Assembly (NCBI GenBank): GCA_002422795.1
Contig: DITJ01000104.1
Location: 15,324-79,323 of the forward strand
Length of the DNA stretch: 64,000 nucleotides
Direction: 5' to 3'
DNA from: Alphaproteobacteria bacterium UBA6187
GTDB taxonomy: Bacteria > Pseudomonadota > Alphaproteobacteria > Rickettsiales > UBA6187
Part shown: positions 1 through 9,469 of the stretch, one piece after another
How the letters are laid out: the number at the start of each line of letters is the position of its first letter
Position numbering within the stretch: position 1 is the stretch's first letter
Notes under the pieces: generated by a model
Told to the model about the DNA's origin: nothing
The model's database searches: none
The model's input: the letters and a program-made list of their open reading frames with translations, nothing else
Position numbers and translations under genes: made by a program

Positions 1-52
1 GACAACGAAATCACCAAAAAATACTGTTATGCAGAAGTCTTTTTGAGCAGTA
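1..52. repeat. Right-end fragment of a ~150-bp palindromic MITE-like element, cut by the window edge
   Basis: Bases 1-50 align by eye with about 16189-16238 (aatcaccaaaaaataccgttatgcagaggtcttttt) with a few mismatches. Like the full copy, it lies just 3' of a minus-strand gene. Confidence 0.6.
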
Positions 53-71
53 TAACATCCATTTTATTAAG

Positions 72-443
72 TTAAAACTCCATTCTGAAGTGGAAAGCCG
101 GTGCTTTACTACGAGAATCAATCCCCAGTGACATAAAATAACGTTTTGTGCCGGTATCCTTAACCATTGTTTCCGCCATATATACGCCCTTCTTCCTTTG
201 CAACAGGAACACCCGCCCAAGCTCACCTTCTTTTGCATCTTTGCTTGTTAATCGTATCGCGCCTAAAGACATCGGCTTCTTTTCAAGATAGCGTGGCTTT
301 ATTTCTGCAAAAGCATTGCTTTTAATTTCTTCTCTGGAAACATAGCTTATATCAGTGCCACATGCACTTATAACAACAGATGCAAGCACCAGCAATCCCG
401 CTTTATAAAAAATATTCCTCTTTTTAGCGTTATGTAACAACAT
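72..443 (-). CDS. Hypothetical lipoprotein (123 aa)
   Basis: The N-terminus has basic residues, a hydrophobic stretch and a lipobox-like VISAC. I recognise no family. Confidence 0.5.
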   Translation of the reverse strand: MLLHNAKKRNIFYKAGLLVLASVVISACGTDISYVSREEIKSNAFAEIKPRYLEKKPMSLGAIRLTSKDAKEGELGRVFLLQRKKGVYMAETMVKDTGTKRYFMSLGIDSRSKAPAFHFRMEF

Positions 444-706
444 TCTTATTACACCTTATTTTTAAGGTTATTAATAATTTCCTCACTATTTGAGTATACC
501 AAATAATTAACTTTGACGCAATAGTAATACAGCCGTGGAATACATGATATTGTGGTGCAACGCACAATTGCACGCTATATATAGTAGGTCGCGATGGGAA
601 TTATACCACACAATGTGTTTCAAAATGGGACGTGCCTTTTTTAAGAAAAAGTCCACATTAAAAAAATATTTACCATTTATTTACTTTTTTGTTGTATGCT
701 CACTAA

Positions 707-1450
707 ATGCGCAATTTTAAAAACATTTCGGGCTTCTCGCTAGTGGAATTATCAGTTACTTTACTGATAATAGGAATTGTAATTGCTGCAATAACTAGTG
801 GCTCAAGTCTTCTGCAAGCTGCAAAAATCAATAAAACAATATCTGAAATCACCGGCTATGTTGCGGCCGTAAATAATTTCAAGGATAAATATAAAGCCTG
901 GCCGGGAGATATGCCCAATGCTACCAGCTATTGGGGCGCTACTGTGACAAACGGCAATGGGGATGAAGAAATATTGGACATTTCAGTGTCAGAAAATTTA
1001 TTAGCCTGGAGACAATTAGCCCTATCCGGACTAATTGCAGGCAATTATACTGGTACTTATGCTGAGTCTGCTTCTGGTGATTCAGAATATTTTGCGGCCG
1101 GGATTAATTCTCCTGCAAGCTCAAGTGCCTATAAAGGATCGTATTATTTTTTAGGTAGTCATTTCGATGTGTTTGACACTACGGGCATTTCTTTGCAATT
1201 AGGATCAAGCAAAGGTTATTATGAACCCTGGGGAGGGGCACTTTCGCCAGAAGATACACATATTATAGATGTAAAAATAGATGATGGGTTAGCATCTACA
1301 GGTAATTTTTATGGTTTTCGTAGCAATATATATTTGGGTGTAGCCAACCGTTGTGTTGATAATGATTATAATGTTAGCAGCGCAAATTATGTTCTTACTG
1401 ATAGAACGGTCAACTCATGCCGCATGTTTTACTGGATTAAAAAGGATTAA
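707..1450 (+). CDS. Type IV pilin / pseudopilin-like protein with prepilin N-terminal methylation motif (247 aa)
   Basis: Leader MRNFKNISG then FSLVELSVTLLIIGIVIAAI, giving Gly at -1, Phe at +1 and Glu at +5. There is a C-terminal Cys pair (NRC...NSC). It is a paralogue of 57510-58244, sharing motifs W(R/Q)xLAL..LI.G.Y.G and ID.KIDDGL...G.F. Confidence 0.8.
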   Translation: MRNFKNISGFSLVELSVTLLIIGIVIAAITSGSSLLQAAKINKTISEITGYVAAVNNFKDKYKAWPGDMPNATSYWGATVTNGNGDEEILDISVSENLLAWRQLALSGLIAGNYTGTYAESASGDSEYFAAGINSPASSSAYKGSYYFLGSHFDVFDTTGISLQLGSSKGYYEPWGGALSPEDTHIIDVKIDDGLASTGNFYGFRSNIYLGVANRCVDNDYNVSSANYVLTDRTVNSCRMFYWIKKD

Positions 1451-1508
1451 TCATTCCAAGTTAAATTGGAAGAATTAATCCGCAGATTTGCTGTGTCATT
1501 TGCAGAAA

Positions 1509-2252
1509 TTAAATAACTTCCCCACTCACTTTCAGCATTTGGTAAGTTTCCACATAAGCACTTTCCAACCTTGCTTTGTCGATCCCACGCAAAACTATAC
1601 TGGTGCCGAATTTACCTTCTTTTGCAAAAGGATAACTGCCCATTTCTATATCAGGGTATTTTTCCTGTAAGTCTGTAAGTGGTTTTGCAATTTTACTTTC
1701 ACCAACAAACGCAGCTATTTCGCGCGATAGGATTATCTCGCCATGCTTCAAATAAGTTTTAACAGATTCAAACATTGCTTGCATAATTTTAGGAATTCCA
1801 GCCATTACAAATACATTGCCGATTTTAAAACCTGGAGCGGTGCTTACCGGGTTATCGAGAAATTCAGCGTCTTCTGGAAAATCAGCCATTTTTAAGCGTG
1901 CGTCATTTAGCTGGTTGCCAGAACCTTCATAATAATTGCGGAGTTTTTCTACCACTTCTTTTCTTCTTTCTAATTTCAGCCCGAAAGCTTTGGTAATGGC
2001 TAAAGTTGTTATATCATCATGTGTTGGCCCTATGCCGCCAGTGGTGAATACATAATCAAATTTTGCGCGAAGTTCATTTACAGTATTTATAATAACCGGT
2101 TCTATATCAGGAATAACCCTAACTTCCGCAAAGGTAACGCCTATTTCCACGAGCTGTTTAGCGATGTAATTCAGGTTGGTATCTTGCGTGCGCCCGGAAA
2201 GAATTTCATTACCGATAATTATTAAAGCTGCTTTAGGATTATTTTCTGTCAT
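1509..2252 (-). CDS. CinA-family molybdopterin-binding (MoCF-biosynthesis domain) protein
   Basis: 247 aa. IIGNEILSGRTQDTNLNYIAKQL and TTGGIGPTHDDIT are typical of the CinA N-terminal/MoaB-Mog fold. Confidence 0.75.
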   Translation of the reverse strand: MTENNPKAALIIIGNEILSGRTQDTNLNYIAKQLVEIGVTFAEVRVIPDIEPVIINTVNELRAKFDYVFTTGGIGPTHDDITTLAITKAFGLKLERRKEVVEKLRNYYEGSGNQLNDARLKMADFPEDAEFLDNPVSTAPGFKIGNVFVMAGIPKIMQAMFESVKTYLKHGEIILSREIAAFVGESKIAKPLTDLQEKYPDIEMGSYPFAKEGKFGTSIVLRGIDKARLESAYVETYQMLKVSGEVI

Positions 2253-2368
2253 GATAAAAACTAGTTAATGGTTTCTGGTTACTAGTTGCCAGTATAAGCA
2301 ATTAAATTTAGCTTTGAAGAAAAATATGCACTGGATCTCACCACCCGACATAATTTATTCTTTGAAAT

Positions 2369-2447
2369 GTGTGTAACGGCATAACAGTGTAACAGTGCAA
2401 TGGTATAACCCCTCTCTTTCCGTTACACTACTAAGCCGTTATACTCC
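2369..2447. repeat. Imperfect hairpin of short-word repeats (G/T-rich arm then A/C-rich arm)
   Basis: gtgtgtaacggcataacagtgtaacagtg ... ccgttacactactaagccgttatactcc. It is nested inside a looser outer pair at about 2262-2300 and 2483-2515 (ggttactagttgcc / ggcaaccaataactagtaagc). Confidence 0.55.
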
Positions 2448-2519
2448 TTATTAATTAGTTGATAGTTTCATGTCTGTAGTTATAATAGCCGGCAACCAAT
2501 AACTAGTAAGCGACCAATT

Positions 2520-3314
2520 ATGCATGAAGATAAAGTTACCATACATTCTAAAGAAGATTTTGAAGGAATGCGCAAAGCCGGAAGGCTTGCAGCGGAAGTG
2601 CTTGATTATATTGCAGACTTCGTGCAGCCGGGCGTTAGCACTGATGAGCTGAATGTTTTATGCCATAATATGATTATAGGGCGCGGTGCAATCCCTGCCC
2701 CGCTTGGCTATAGGGGATTTCCTAAATCCATCTGCACTTCTGTAAACCATGTGGTTTGCCACGGCATACCTGATGAGCGTAAATTAAAAGATGGCGATAT
2801 AGTAAATATAGATGTTACCGTGATAGTAGATGGCTGGCACGGCGATACCAGCCGTATGTACTGGGCGGGTGAGCCTCCGGTAAAAGCAAAGCGCCTTAGC
2901 CAGGTAACTTATGATGCCATGATGCTGGGTATTGAACAAGTGCGCCCAGGTGCAACCCTTGGCGATATCGGCCACGCGATCCAGGAATATGCAGAAAAGC
3001 ATAATTATTCAATAGTGCGTGATTATTGCGGTCATGGCTTGGGGAAAATATTTCACACGGCTCCCAGTGTAATGCATTTCGGTAAAAAAGGCGAAGGCAT
3101 GGTGCTTAAAGAAGGCATGTTCTTTACCATTGAACCTATGGTGAATGTGGGCGGTTGGCGCACAGTGCTGAATAAAAAGGATAATTGGACTGTATGGACG
3201 AAGGATAAATCTCTATCAGCGCAATATGAGCATAGCCTGGGTGTTACCAGTGATGGGTTTGAGATATTTACAGGCTCGCCAAAGGGACTTAACTTTCCGC
3301 CTTATTCTAAATAG
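2520..3314 (+). CDS. map: Methionine aminopeptidase, type I
   Basis: 264 aa with canonical MetAP-I blocks (VCHGIP, DIVNIDVT, GHGLG, FTIEPM, EHS). Confidence 0.95.
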   Translation: MHEDKVTIHSKEDFEGMRKAGRLAAEVLDYIADFVQPGVSTDELNVLCHNMIIGRGAIPAPLGYRGFPKSICTSVNHVVCHGIPDERKLKDGDIVNIDVTVIVDGWHGDTSRMYWAGEPPVKAKRLSQVTYDAMMLGIEQVRPGATLGDIGHAIQEYAEKHNYSIVRDYCGHGLGKIFHTAPSVMHFGKKGEGMVLKEGMFFTIEPMVNVGGWRTVLNKKDNWTVWTKDKSLSAQYEHSLGVTSDGFEIFTGSPKGLNFPPYSK

Positions 3315-3375
3315 TTTTTAGTTCTTAGTTGTTAGTTTAAGCTAAGAACTACAAACTAAGAACCAACAACTAAAA
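3315..3375. repeat. Heptad-word hairpin between map and radC
   Basis: The 5' arm is AGTTTTT AGTTCTT AGTTGTT AGTTTAA. The 3' arm is TAAGAAC TACAAAC TAAGAAC CAACAAC. Both have period 7 and are complementary. Confidence 0.7.
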
Positions 3376-3382
3376 TCTTAAC

Positions 3383-4090
3383 ATGACCGCACCAGAAACA
3401 AAATCGCCAGAACCAGAACAGCCCCATTATATAGGCCACAGGCAACGCCTCCGCGGCCGGTTCCTAAGCGCACCAAAAGGCAGCCTGCCTGATTACGAAC
3501 TTCTTGAAATTATGTTATTTGCAGCCAGCCCACGTATGGATGTGAAACCGCTGGCAAAGCAATTATTACTGCGGTTTGGCAGCCTTGCCGGCGTGATAAC
3601 CGCGCAAACGGATGAATTAAAAGAAATAAAAGGCATGAATGATATAGCCATAACCCAGTTAAAAGCTGTGCAGGATATGTCGGAGCGGCTTATCAAGCAG
3701 GAAATTACTGAAAAGCCTATAATCCAAAGCTGGAAGGCGCTGCTAGATTATTGTCGCGCCAGCATGGGCCATTTAAAGAAAGAGCAGTTCCGTTTGCTAT
3801 TCTTAAATAAAAAACACATGATTATATCTGATGAACTGCAAGAATATGGCACAGTAGACCAAACCCCTGTATATCCGCGTGAAGTTGTAAAACGCGCTTT
3901 GCAATTAGAAGCTTCAAGCATAATTATGGTGCATAACCACCCCAGTGGCGATGTGCGCCCTTCGAAAGAAGATATCCAGATTACCAAGCAAATAATGCAA
4001 GCCGCAGAGACAGTTGGAATCACTTTGCACGACCATGTAATAATTTCGTCAAAAAATCACTATTCTTTTAAGGCGCATGGGGTTATGTAG
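3383..4090 (+). CDS. radC: RadC-family JAB-domain protein
   Basis: 235 aa with N-terminal HhH-like region, C-terminal HNHPSG motif and ED..T..L block. Confidence 0.9.
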   Translation: MTAPETKSPEPEQPHYIGHRQRLRGRFLSAPKGSLPDYELLEIMLFAASPRMDVKPLAKQLLLRFGSLAGVITAQTDELKEIKGMNDIAITQLKAVQDMSERLIKQEITEKPIIQSWKALLDYCRASMGHLKKEQFRLLFLNKKHMIISDELQEYGTVDQTPVYPREVVKRALQLEASSIIMVHNHPSGDVRPSKEDIQITKQIMQAAETVGITLHDHVIISSKNHYSFKAHGVM

Positions 4091-4093
4091 TAA

Positions 4094-4186
4094 GTGGGTT
4101 ATAGGTAATGGGTGTTTGGTTCTAGGGAAGAGTTGTTAGCGAAGCTAACTCAAATACCCATCACCTAACACCCATCACCTAACACC
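4094..4186. repeat. Heptad-word hairpin between radC and engB
   Basis: The 5' arm is G/T-rich (gtgggttataggtaatgggtgtttggttctaggg). The 3' arm is ACCCATC ACCTAAC ACCCATC ACCTAAC. It shares the 14-mer cccatcacctaaca with the element at 63354-63443. Confidence 0.7.
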
Positions 4187-4197
4187 TGGGAAAATTT

Positions 4198-4824
4198 ATG
4201 GAATATACACCTGAACAAATCGAACAAGGCAAACATCTATTCAGTGGCGAATGCAATTTCATTGCAGGCTCTACGGCACTTTCAAACCTGCCGATAAGCT
4301 CTTTGCCGGAAATAGCTTTTGCTGGTGCTTCCAATGTTGGAAAATCCAGTATTGTGAATGCCTTAACAAGCCGCAGAACCCTTGCCCGCACATCTTCAAA
4401 CCCTGGGCATACCAAGCAGCTAAACTTTTTCAAGCTACGTGAAGATATGGTGCTGGTGGATTTGCCAGGCTATGGTTATGCACGAGCTGCAAAAACTTCT
4501 ATTGCTGAATGGACAGGCTTTACCAAAGATTATTTAAAGGGCCGCCCGAATTTAAAAAGGATATGCCTGCTGATAGATTCACGCCGCGACCTTAAACCTG
4601 GCGATGTTGAAATAATGAATTTAATGGATGAAGTCGCGGTTATTTATCAGGTTGTGCTGACAAAAATCGACAAGGTAAAAAAAGATGATGTAGAAAGAAT
4701 AATTTCTGCTATAAAGACAAGCGCAAAAAAGCATACTGCCATGCACCCAGAAATCATTGCTACAAGCAGCCGTGAAGGGTATGGAATAGAAGACTTGCGG
4801 GCAGAACTTGCAATGTTAAAATAA
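4198..4824 (+). CDS. engB: Ribosome-biogenesis GTPase EngB (YihA/YsxC)
   Basis: 208 aa with G1 [15 protein letters not shown] and TKIDK motifs. Confidence 0.9.
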   Translation: MEYTPEQIEQGKHLFSGECNFIAGSTALSNLPISSLPEIAFAGASNVGKSSIVNALTSRRTLARTSSNPGHTKQLNFFKLREDMVLVDLPGYGYARAAKTSIAEWTGFTKDYLKGRPNLKRICLLIDSRRDLKPGDVEIMNLMDEVAVIYQVVLTKIDKVKKDDVERIISAIKTSAKKHTAMHPEIIATSSREGYGIEDLRAELAMLK

Positions 4825-4855
4825 ATACCAGGCAACCAGAACTAACGGCGATAAC

Positions 4856-5770
4856 ATGACCATAAAAAATATACCAGAAAAAAGAGCAACAAAAGAACAG
4901 ATTGAAAAAGCTGAGCTTCTTTCGGAAGCATTGCCTTATATGCGCCAGTTTGCAGGAGAAACTTTCGTAATAAAATACGGCGGCAGTGCAATGGGTGATA
5001 AAGAACTTTCAAAAACATTTGCACGCGATGTTGTGCTTTTGAAGCAAGTTGGAATAAACCCCATAATCGTTCATGGTGGTGGCCCGCAAATAAGCCAGAT
5101 GCTTAATAAGCTTAAAATACAAAGCTCATTTATTGATGGCCTCCGCGTTACCGATTTAGCCACTGTAGAAATTGTGGAGATGGTGCTGTGCGGTTCTATC
5201 AATAAACAGATAGTAACAGAAATAAATTCTGCTGGCGGCATGGCGATGGGCATATCTGGTAAGGACTGTAACCTTATTACGGCAAGAAAATTACGCCGCA
5301 CTAAAAAAGACCCGGATTCAAATATTGAACAGATACTTGACCTTGGCTTTGTTGGCGAACCTACTGATATTAACCCGGAAGCTTTGGTGTTTTTTGAAGA
5401 GTCAGATGTTATTCCTGTAATTGCGCCAATCGGTCTTGGTGAAGGCGGGGAAACATATAATATAAATGCAGATAGCGCAGCCGGTGCAATTGCATCATCC
5501 CTTGCCGCGCATAAGCTTATCATGCTTACCGATGTTCCTGGCGTGCTTGATAAAGACGGCAAGCTTATCAGCCGCTTAACATTTAATGAAGCGCAGAAGC
5601 TTATAAGGAATGGCACAATTTCAGGCGGAATGATACCAAAGGTGGAAACCTGTATGGATGCCATAAGCAATCACGCCGAAGCTGCCCATATACTAGATGG
5701 CAGGGTTCCCCATGTATTACTGCTTGAGCTGTTCACCGAGCATGGCACAGGCACTATGATTGTTCCTTAG
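4856..5770 (+). CDS. argB: Acetylglutamate kinase
   Basis: 304 aa. VIKYGGSAM and VHGGGPQI are typical amino-acid-kinase family blocks of ArgB. Confidence 0.93.
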   Translation: MTIKNIPEKRATKEQIEKAELLSEALPYMRQFAGETFVIKYGGSAMGDKELSKTFARDVVLLKQVGINPIIVHGGGPQISQMLNKLKIQSSFIDGLRVTDLATVEIVEMVLCGSINKQIVTEINSAGGMAMGISGKDCNLITARKLRRTKKDPDSNIEQILDLGFVGEPTDINPEALVFFEESDVIPVIAPIGLGEGGETYNINADSAAGAIASSLAAHKLIMLTDVPGVLDKDGKLISRLTFNEAQKLIRNGTISGGMIPKVETCMDAISNHAEAAHILDGRVPHVLLLELFTEHGTGTMIVP

Positions 5771-5875
5771 GATCTTTATTTATTTGGCAGGCCACGAGCT
5801 ATTTCTGGCCTGCCCCTTTATTATATTCCAGCTAAATCATATAGACTTCTCCATACGCGCCCATATAATTTATAT

Positions 5876-6058
5876 TATAGCGTTTCCGCTTTTCATTTCT
5901 ACGTCGTCATTCTTCGGACTCACAAAATTAGCGAACCTTCGATGTGATGAAATATAAGTAAACTTCATTTCATCACATCTTGGTTTCACCTAGGTTTACT
6001 AGGCTAAAATTTTGTTCACCTCGAATTCCTAGTAGAAATGAAAAGCGGAAACGCTATA
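5876..6058. repeat. 183-bp palindromic element with perfect 27-bp terminal inverted repeats
   Basis: tatagcgtttccgcttttcatttctac (5876-5902) is the exact reverse complement of 6032-6058. There is an inner hairpin gatgtgatgaaat...atttcatcacatc. A diverged half copy lies at 51192-51264. Confidence 0.85.
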
Positions 6059-6080
6059 TAACCTGATATGCGAGGTAAAT

Positions 6081-6938
6081 ATGAATTACTTAAAAACAGC
6101 AATATTACTAGCAGGGCTTACCGCATTATTTTGTGCCGCAGGATATCTGATTGGCGGCCAGGGCGGAATGGTGGTTGCCTTTGTGATAGCCTGCGCCATG
6201 AATATAATTTCCTACTGGTTTTCCGATAAGATTGTTCTTCGCATGTATAATGCGCAGCCTATCAATTCGGGTTTTATATATGATATGGTGGCAGAGCTAT
6301 CGCAAAAAGCCGCCATACCCATGCCGAAAGTTTATGTAATTGATTCATTCCAGCCAAATGCTTTTGCCACAGGGCGCAACCCCGAACATGCAGCGATAGC
6401 CGTTACAAACAGTATAACGCAGATGTTAAATAATGAAGAATTACGCGGTGTTATTGCCCATGAACTTTCCCACATCAAGAATTATGATACGCTTATAATG
6501 ACCATAACCGCCACTATTGCAGGGGCGCTTGGTATACTTGCAAATATGGCGATGTTTTCAGGAGGCAGGCGTGACCAGCCAGGAGGCTTGCTTGGAGCCA
6601 TGGCGCTTATGATACTTGCGCCGCTTGCGGCTATGCTGGTGCAAATGGCTATTTCCCGCACCCGTGAATATGCTGCTGATAAAAGCGGTGCAGAAATAAG
6701 CGGAACACCAATGGCGCTGGCTTCGGCGCTGCAAAAAATCCAGCATGGCGCACAAAAAATAGATAATAATGTAGCACAGCAGAACCCTGCTACAGCGCAT
6801 ATGTTTATAATAAACCCGCTGCATGGAAAATCTACTGATAATCTATTTTCCACCCACCCAAACACGGAAAACCGGATTAAGGCATTGCAGGAAATGTCCG
6901 TTAATAAAGACAGAGGTTCTAAAGGGCCTTGGGGTTAG
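6081..6938 (+). CDS. htpX: Zn-metalloprotease HtpX (M48)
   Basis: 285 aa with TM helices, an HELSHIKN zinc motif and a downstream EYAAD. Confidence 0.92.
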   Translation: MNYLKTAILLAGLTALFCAAGYLIGGQGGMVVAFVIACAMNIISYWFSDKIVLRMYNAQPINSGFIYDMVAELSQKAAIPMPKVYVIDSFQPNAFATGRNPEHAAIAVTNSITQMLNNEELRGVIAHELSHIKNYDTLIMTITATIAGALGILANMAMFSGGRRDQPGGLLGAMALMILAPLAAMLVQMAISRTREYAADKSGAEISGTPMALASALQKIQHGAQKIDNNVAQQNPATAHMFIINPLHGKSTDNLFSTHPNTENRIKALQEMSVNKDRGSKGPWG

Positions 6939-6943
6939 ATATT

Positions 6944-9469
6944 TTACTCATTCCTAAGCATTGCCGAAGGCCGAAAATTAAACAGGCGGCGGTTGCCTAA
7001 GTAGCCAATAAGCCATATTACCAAAATACAGGCACCAATTGTTGTGATGGTAACGTGTGGCATAAGTTGGAATTCCTGCCCACGTAACCGCACATTTATC
7101 AGCCACGCGCCGAATGTGCCGATACTTGCCGCAATTACAGAAGTTACCAGCGCCAGCAGCATCCATTCTGCGGTGCAGCTTTTTAATATGTCGCTGCGCC
7201 TTGCGCCCAGCACTTTTAATATGGCAACATCATACATGCGCTGCTCTATGGTGGCGCTAAGCGCGCTTGTAAGCACAAGAATTCCCGCTAGCAAGCTTAT
7301 TGCCACAGTAACCCGCAGCGCGGTTGCGATATGCTGCATAATATTTTGCACCAGATCAACTACCTCCCTGGTTCGGATAGCAGTTACGCCTGGAAAATCT
7401 TTTGCAATGCGCCCAACCAGTTCAAATTCTGCATCATTATTTTTATCAAGATGGATAGTGGCAAGACTGGTATGGGGGAATTCTTCTATTACGCCCGGTG
7501 AAAGCATCATGGCGAAATTCATCTGGAAAGTGGAATAATCAATTTCCCTTGCGCTAGCAATTTCAGCAGTTATTTCTTCGCCTAGTATTGTAATGGTGAT
7601 GGTATCGCCAATATCAATGCCCATGCCGCCAAGGAAACGTGCATCAACTGAAAGCAGCGGCTTGCCCGCGTAATCCTCCGGCCACCACTTGCCTTTTACA
7701 ATATTGGCGTTCGGGGGAGGCGCAGCGCTATAGCTTATGCCGCGGTCACCGCGCACCGCCCAATCTATGTCATCATCAATTTTTACTTCACTTACAGGCT
7801 TTCCGGCAATTTTAGTAATCCGCCCGCGCACCATTGGGTATAGCATAACTTTTTCTGGTGATGAATATTCCAGGAGAAGGTTTTGCACCTGCTGCTTCTG
7901 GTGTGGCTGGATATCAATCATGAATAATGAAGGGGCTTTTTCCTCCATCAACTGGGTGATGCGCGCCTGAAAATTCGCTTCTGTAAGGGTGAGGGCGATT
8001 AAAACCGTAATGCTTATGCCGATTGCAAAAATAACCGTGCCAGTAGTAGAACCCGGCCTGTGCATATTGCCAAGCGCAAGTTTCAGCCACGGCTTTTTAA
8101 CTTTTATATTGCGGGTTAATTTTCGCACAAATACAGAACAAAGCCCGAACAACAAAAACGAAACCAGTATCACACAAAAGCTTCCAACTATAAAAACCTT
8201 ATCATTGGCATTTATAAATAAGGTGATTAGCAAAATACTGATAAGGGCGGCTACGGTACCGCGCACAGTTTTATCATTACGGAAAAATAATAACCCGGTT
8301 TTGCTGCGGAATAATAATGAAGGGCGCACATTAATTGCGCTAAGTAGCGCAGGCATTGAAAATATATAAGAAATTAATATACCATACCACATTGCCAGGA
8401 TTGATGATGGTAAATATATCCCGCTTTGCCCCTTTAAAGCTGGCAATATATCTGCAAGTAACGGCACAAGTGCTGATGTGATAAGCATTGCAATTGCCAC
8501 GCCTGCCACACCCCCGGCAACAGCCAAAGCGCCAAGCACCAGCATATAGGTTACAAATACTGTTTTCCGGGAAGCCCCTTGCACTTTCAATACGGCAATA
8601 GTTTGTGATTTTTTCTCAAGGTAAGCGCGCACCGAGCTGCCAATGCCTATGCCTGAAATCAGGAAAGTTGCAAGGCCAGATAGGGTCATAAATGCAAGTA
8701 ACTGGTTTAGGAATCGTTTTAAGGTCTGGTTGCCATCGGTTCCGGTGCTTACGCGCCAGGAAGTATCCGGAAAATTCTTTTGTAATTCGCTTTCAACCTG
8801 TTTTTCATATTTATCATCGGCAATAACTCCTTCTGGCGTTACTATGCGGTAGCGGTGCTCCACAAGGCTGAAGGTGCTAACCAGGTTTGAGGCTTTAAGC
8901 GCTGCATGGCTCATTATAACCCTGGGGCCAAAGCTGAAAATCTGCACCGCCCTATCGGGTTCGGTTTTAATTGTGGCGCGGATTATATAAGAAGATTCGC
9001 CAATTTTTACTTCATCACCAATTTTAAGCCCTAACTGTGAAAGCAATATCTGGTCAACCGCAATGCCGTTATTTTCCAGCGCCTGCTCTTTTGCTACCTG
9101 CTCATTAAAAGCAAGTGTGCCGATAAGCGGGTAGTTTTCATCAATTGCCTTAATTTCCACTAATGTATGCTTGTCTTCATAATGCAGCATGGAACGGAGC
9201 GTTGCCGCATAAGAGATTTTGCCGTATTTTTCGAGGAATTGCCTTTGCTCTTTGCTTGCTTCCAGCCCACGGATGCGGATTTCCATATCGCCACCAAGCA
9301 GGCTTTGCGCTTCATTTTGCAAGGATGATTCTACAATTGAGCCAAATGTATTAACACATGCCATAATCGACACACCCAGAACCAGGCAAGCGAGAAACAC
9401 AGAAAAATGCCGCCAGCCTTGCTTTAGTTCTGTTAAAGCCAGTTTCAGTGGAATTGGTAAGCTACTCAT
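6944..9469 (-). CDS. ybbP: FtsX-family ABC transporter permease, YbbP-like (about 841 aa)
   Basis: Large duplicated FtsX-type permease. I prefer the start at the ATG at 9469 (MSSLPIPLKLALTELKQGW), which overlaps the upstream ATPase stop by 8 nt. The track ORF extends to 9529. Confidence 0.8.
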   Translation of the reverse strand: MSSLPIPLKLALTELKQGWRHFSVFLACLVLGVSIMACVNTFGSIVESSLQNEAQSLLGGDMEIRIRGLEASKEQRQFLEKYGKISYAATLRSMLHYEDKHTLVEIKAIDENYPLIGTLAFNEQVAKEQALENNGIAVDQILLSQLGLKIGDEVKIGESSYIIRATIKTEPDRAVQIFSFGPRVIMSHAALKASNLVSTFSLVEHRYRIVTPEGVIADDKYEKQVESELQKNFPDTSWRVSTGTDGNQTLKRFLNQLLAFMTLSGLATFLISGIGIGSSVRAYLEKKSQTIAVLKVQGASRKTVFVTYMLVLGALAVAGGVAGVAIAMLITSALVPLLADILPALKGQSGIYLPSSILAMWYGILISYIFSMPALLSAINVRPSLLFRSKTGLLFFRNDKTVRGTVAALISILLITLFINANDKVFIVGSFCVILVSFLLFGLCSVFVRKLTRNIKVKKPWLKLALGNMHRPGSTTGTVIFAIGISITVLIALTLTEANFQARITQLMEEKAPSLFMIDIQPHQKQQVQNLLLEYSSPEKVMLYPMVRGRITKIAGKPVSEVKIDDDIDWAVRGDRGISYSAAPPPNANIVKGKWWPEDYAGKPLLSVDARFLGGMGIDIGDTITITILGEEITAEIASAREIDYSTFQMNFAMMLSPGVIEEFPHTSLATIHLDKNNDAEFELVGRIAKDFPGVTAIRTREVVDLVQNIMQHIATALRVTVAISLLAGILVLTSALSATIEQRMYDVAILKVLGARRSDILKSCTAEWMLLALVTSVIAASIGTFGAWLINVRLRGQEFQLMPHVTITTIGACILVIWLIGYLGNRRLFNFRPSAMLRNE

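Noticed and set aside
553-580. A possible sigma-54 promoter (TGGTGC…TTGCA) upstream of the pilin-like gene.
   Set aside because: The spacing between the GG and GC elements is 4 nt too long for the -24/-12 consensus (TGGCAC-N5-TTGC).
5071-5670. A 199-aa minus-strand ORF. Similar antisense ORFs occur at 7044-7538, 18023-18553, 37671-38168, 42041-42670, 44505-45071, 51841-52419 and 53551-53940.
   Set aside because: Each is fully nested antisense within a confidently identified gene (argB, ybbP-like, metG, hemH/tlyA, pilMN, pilQ, addA) and has a Ser/Pro/Ile-rich shadow composition.
5760-5957. A 65-aa + strand ORF after argB.
   Set aside because: It is generated by the left arm of the 183-bp palindromic element and has no RBS or homology.
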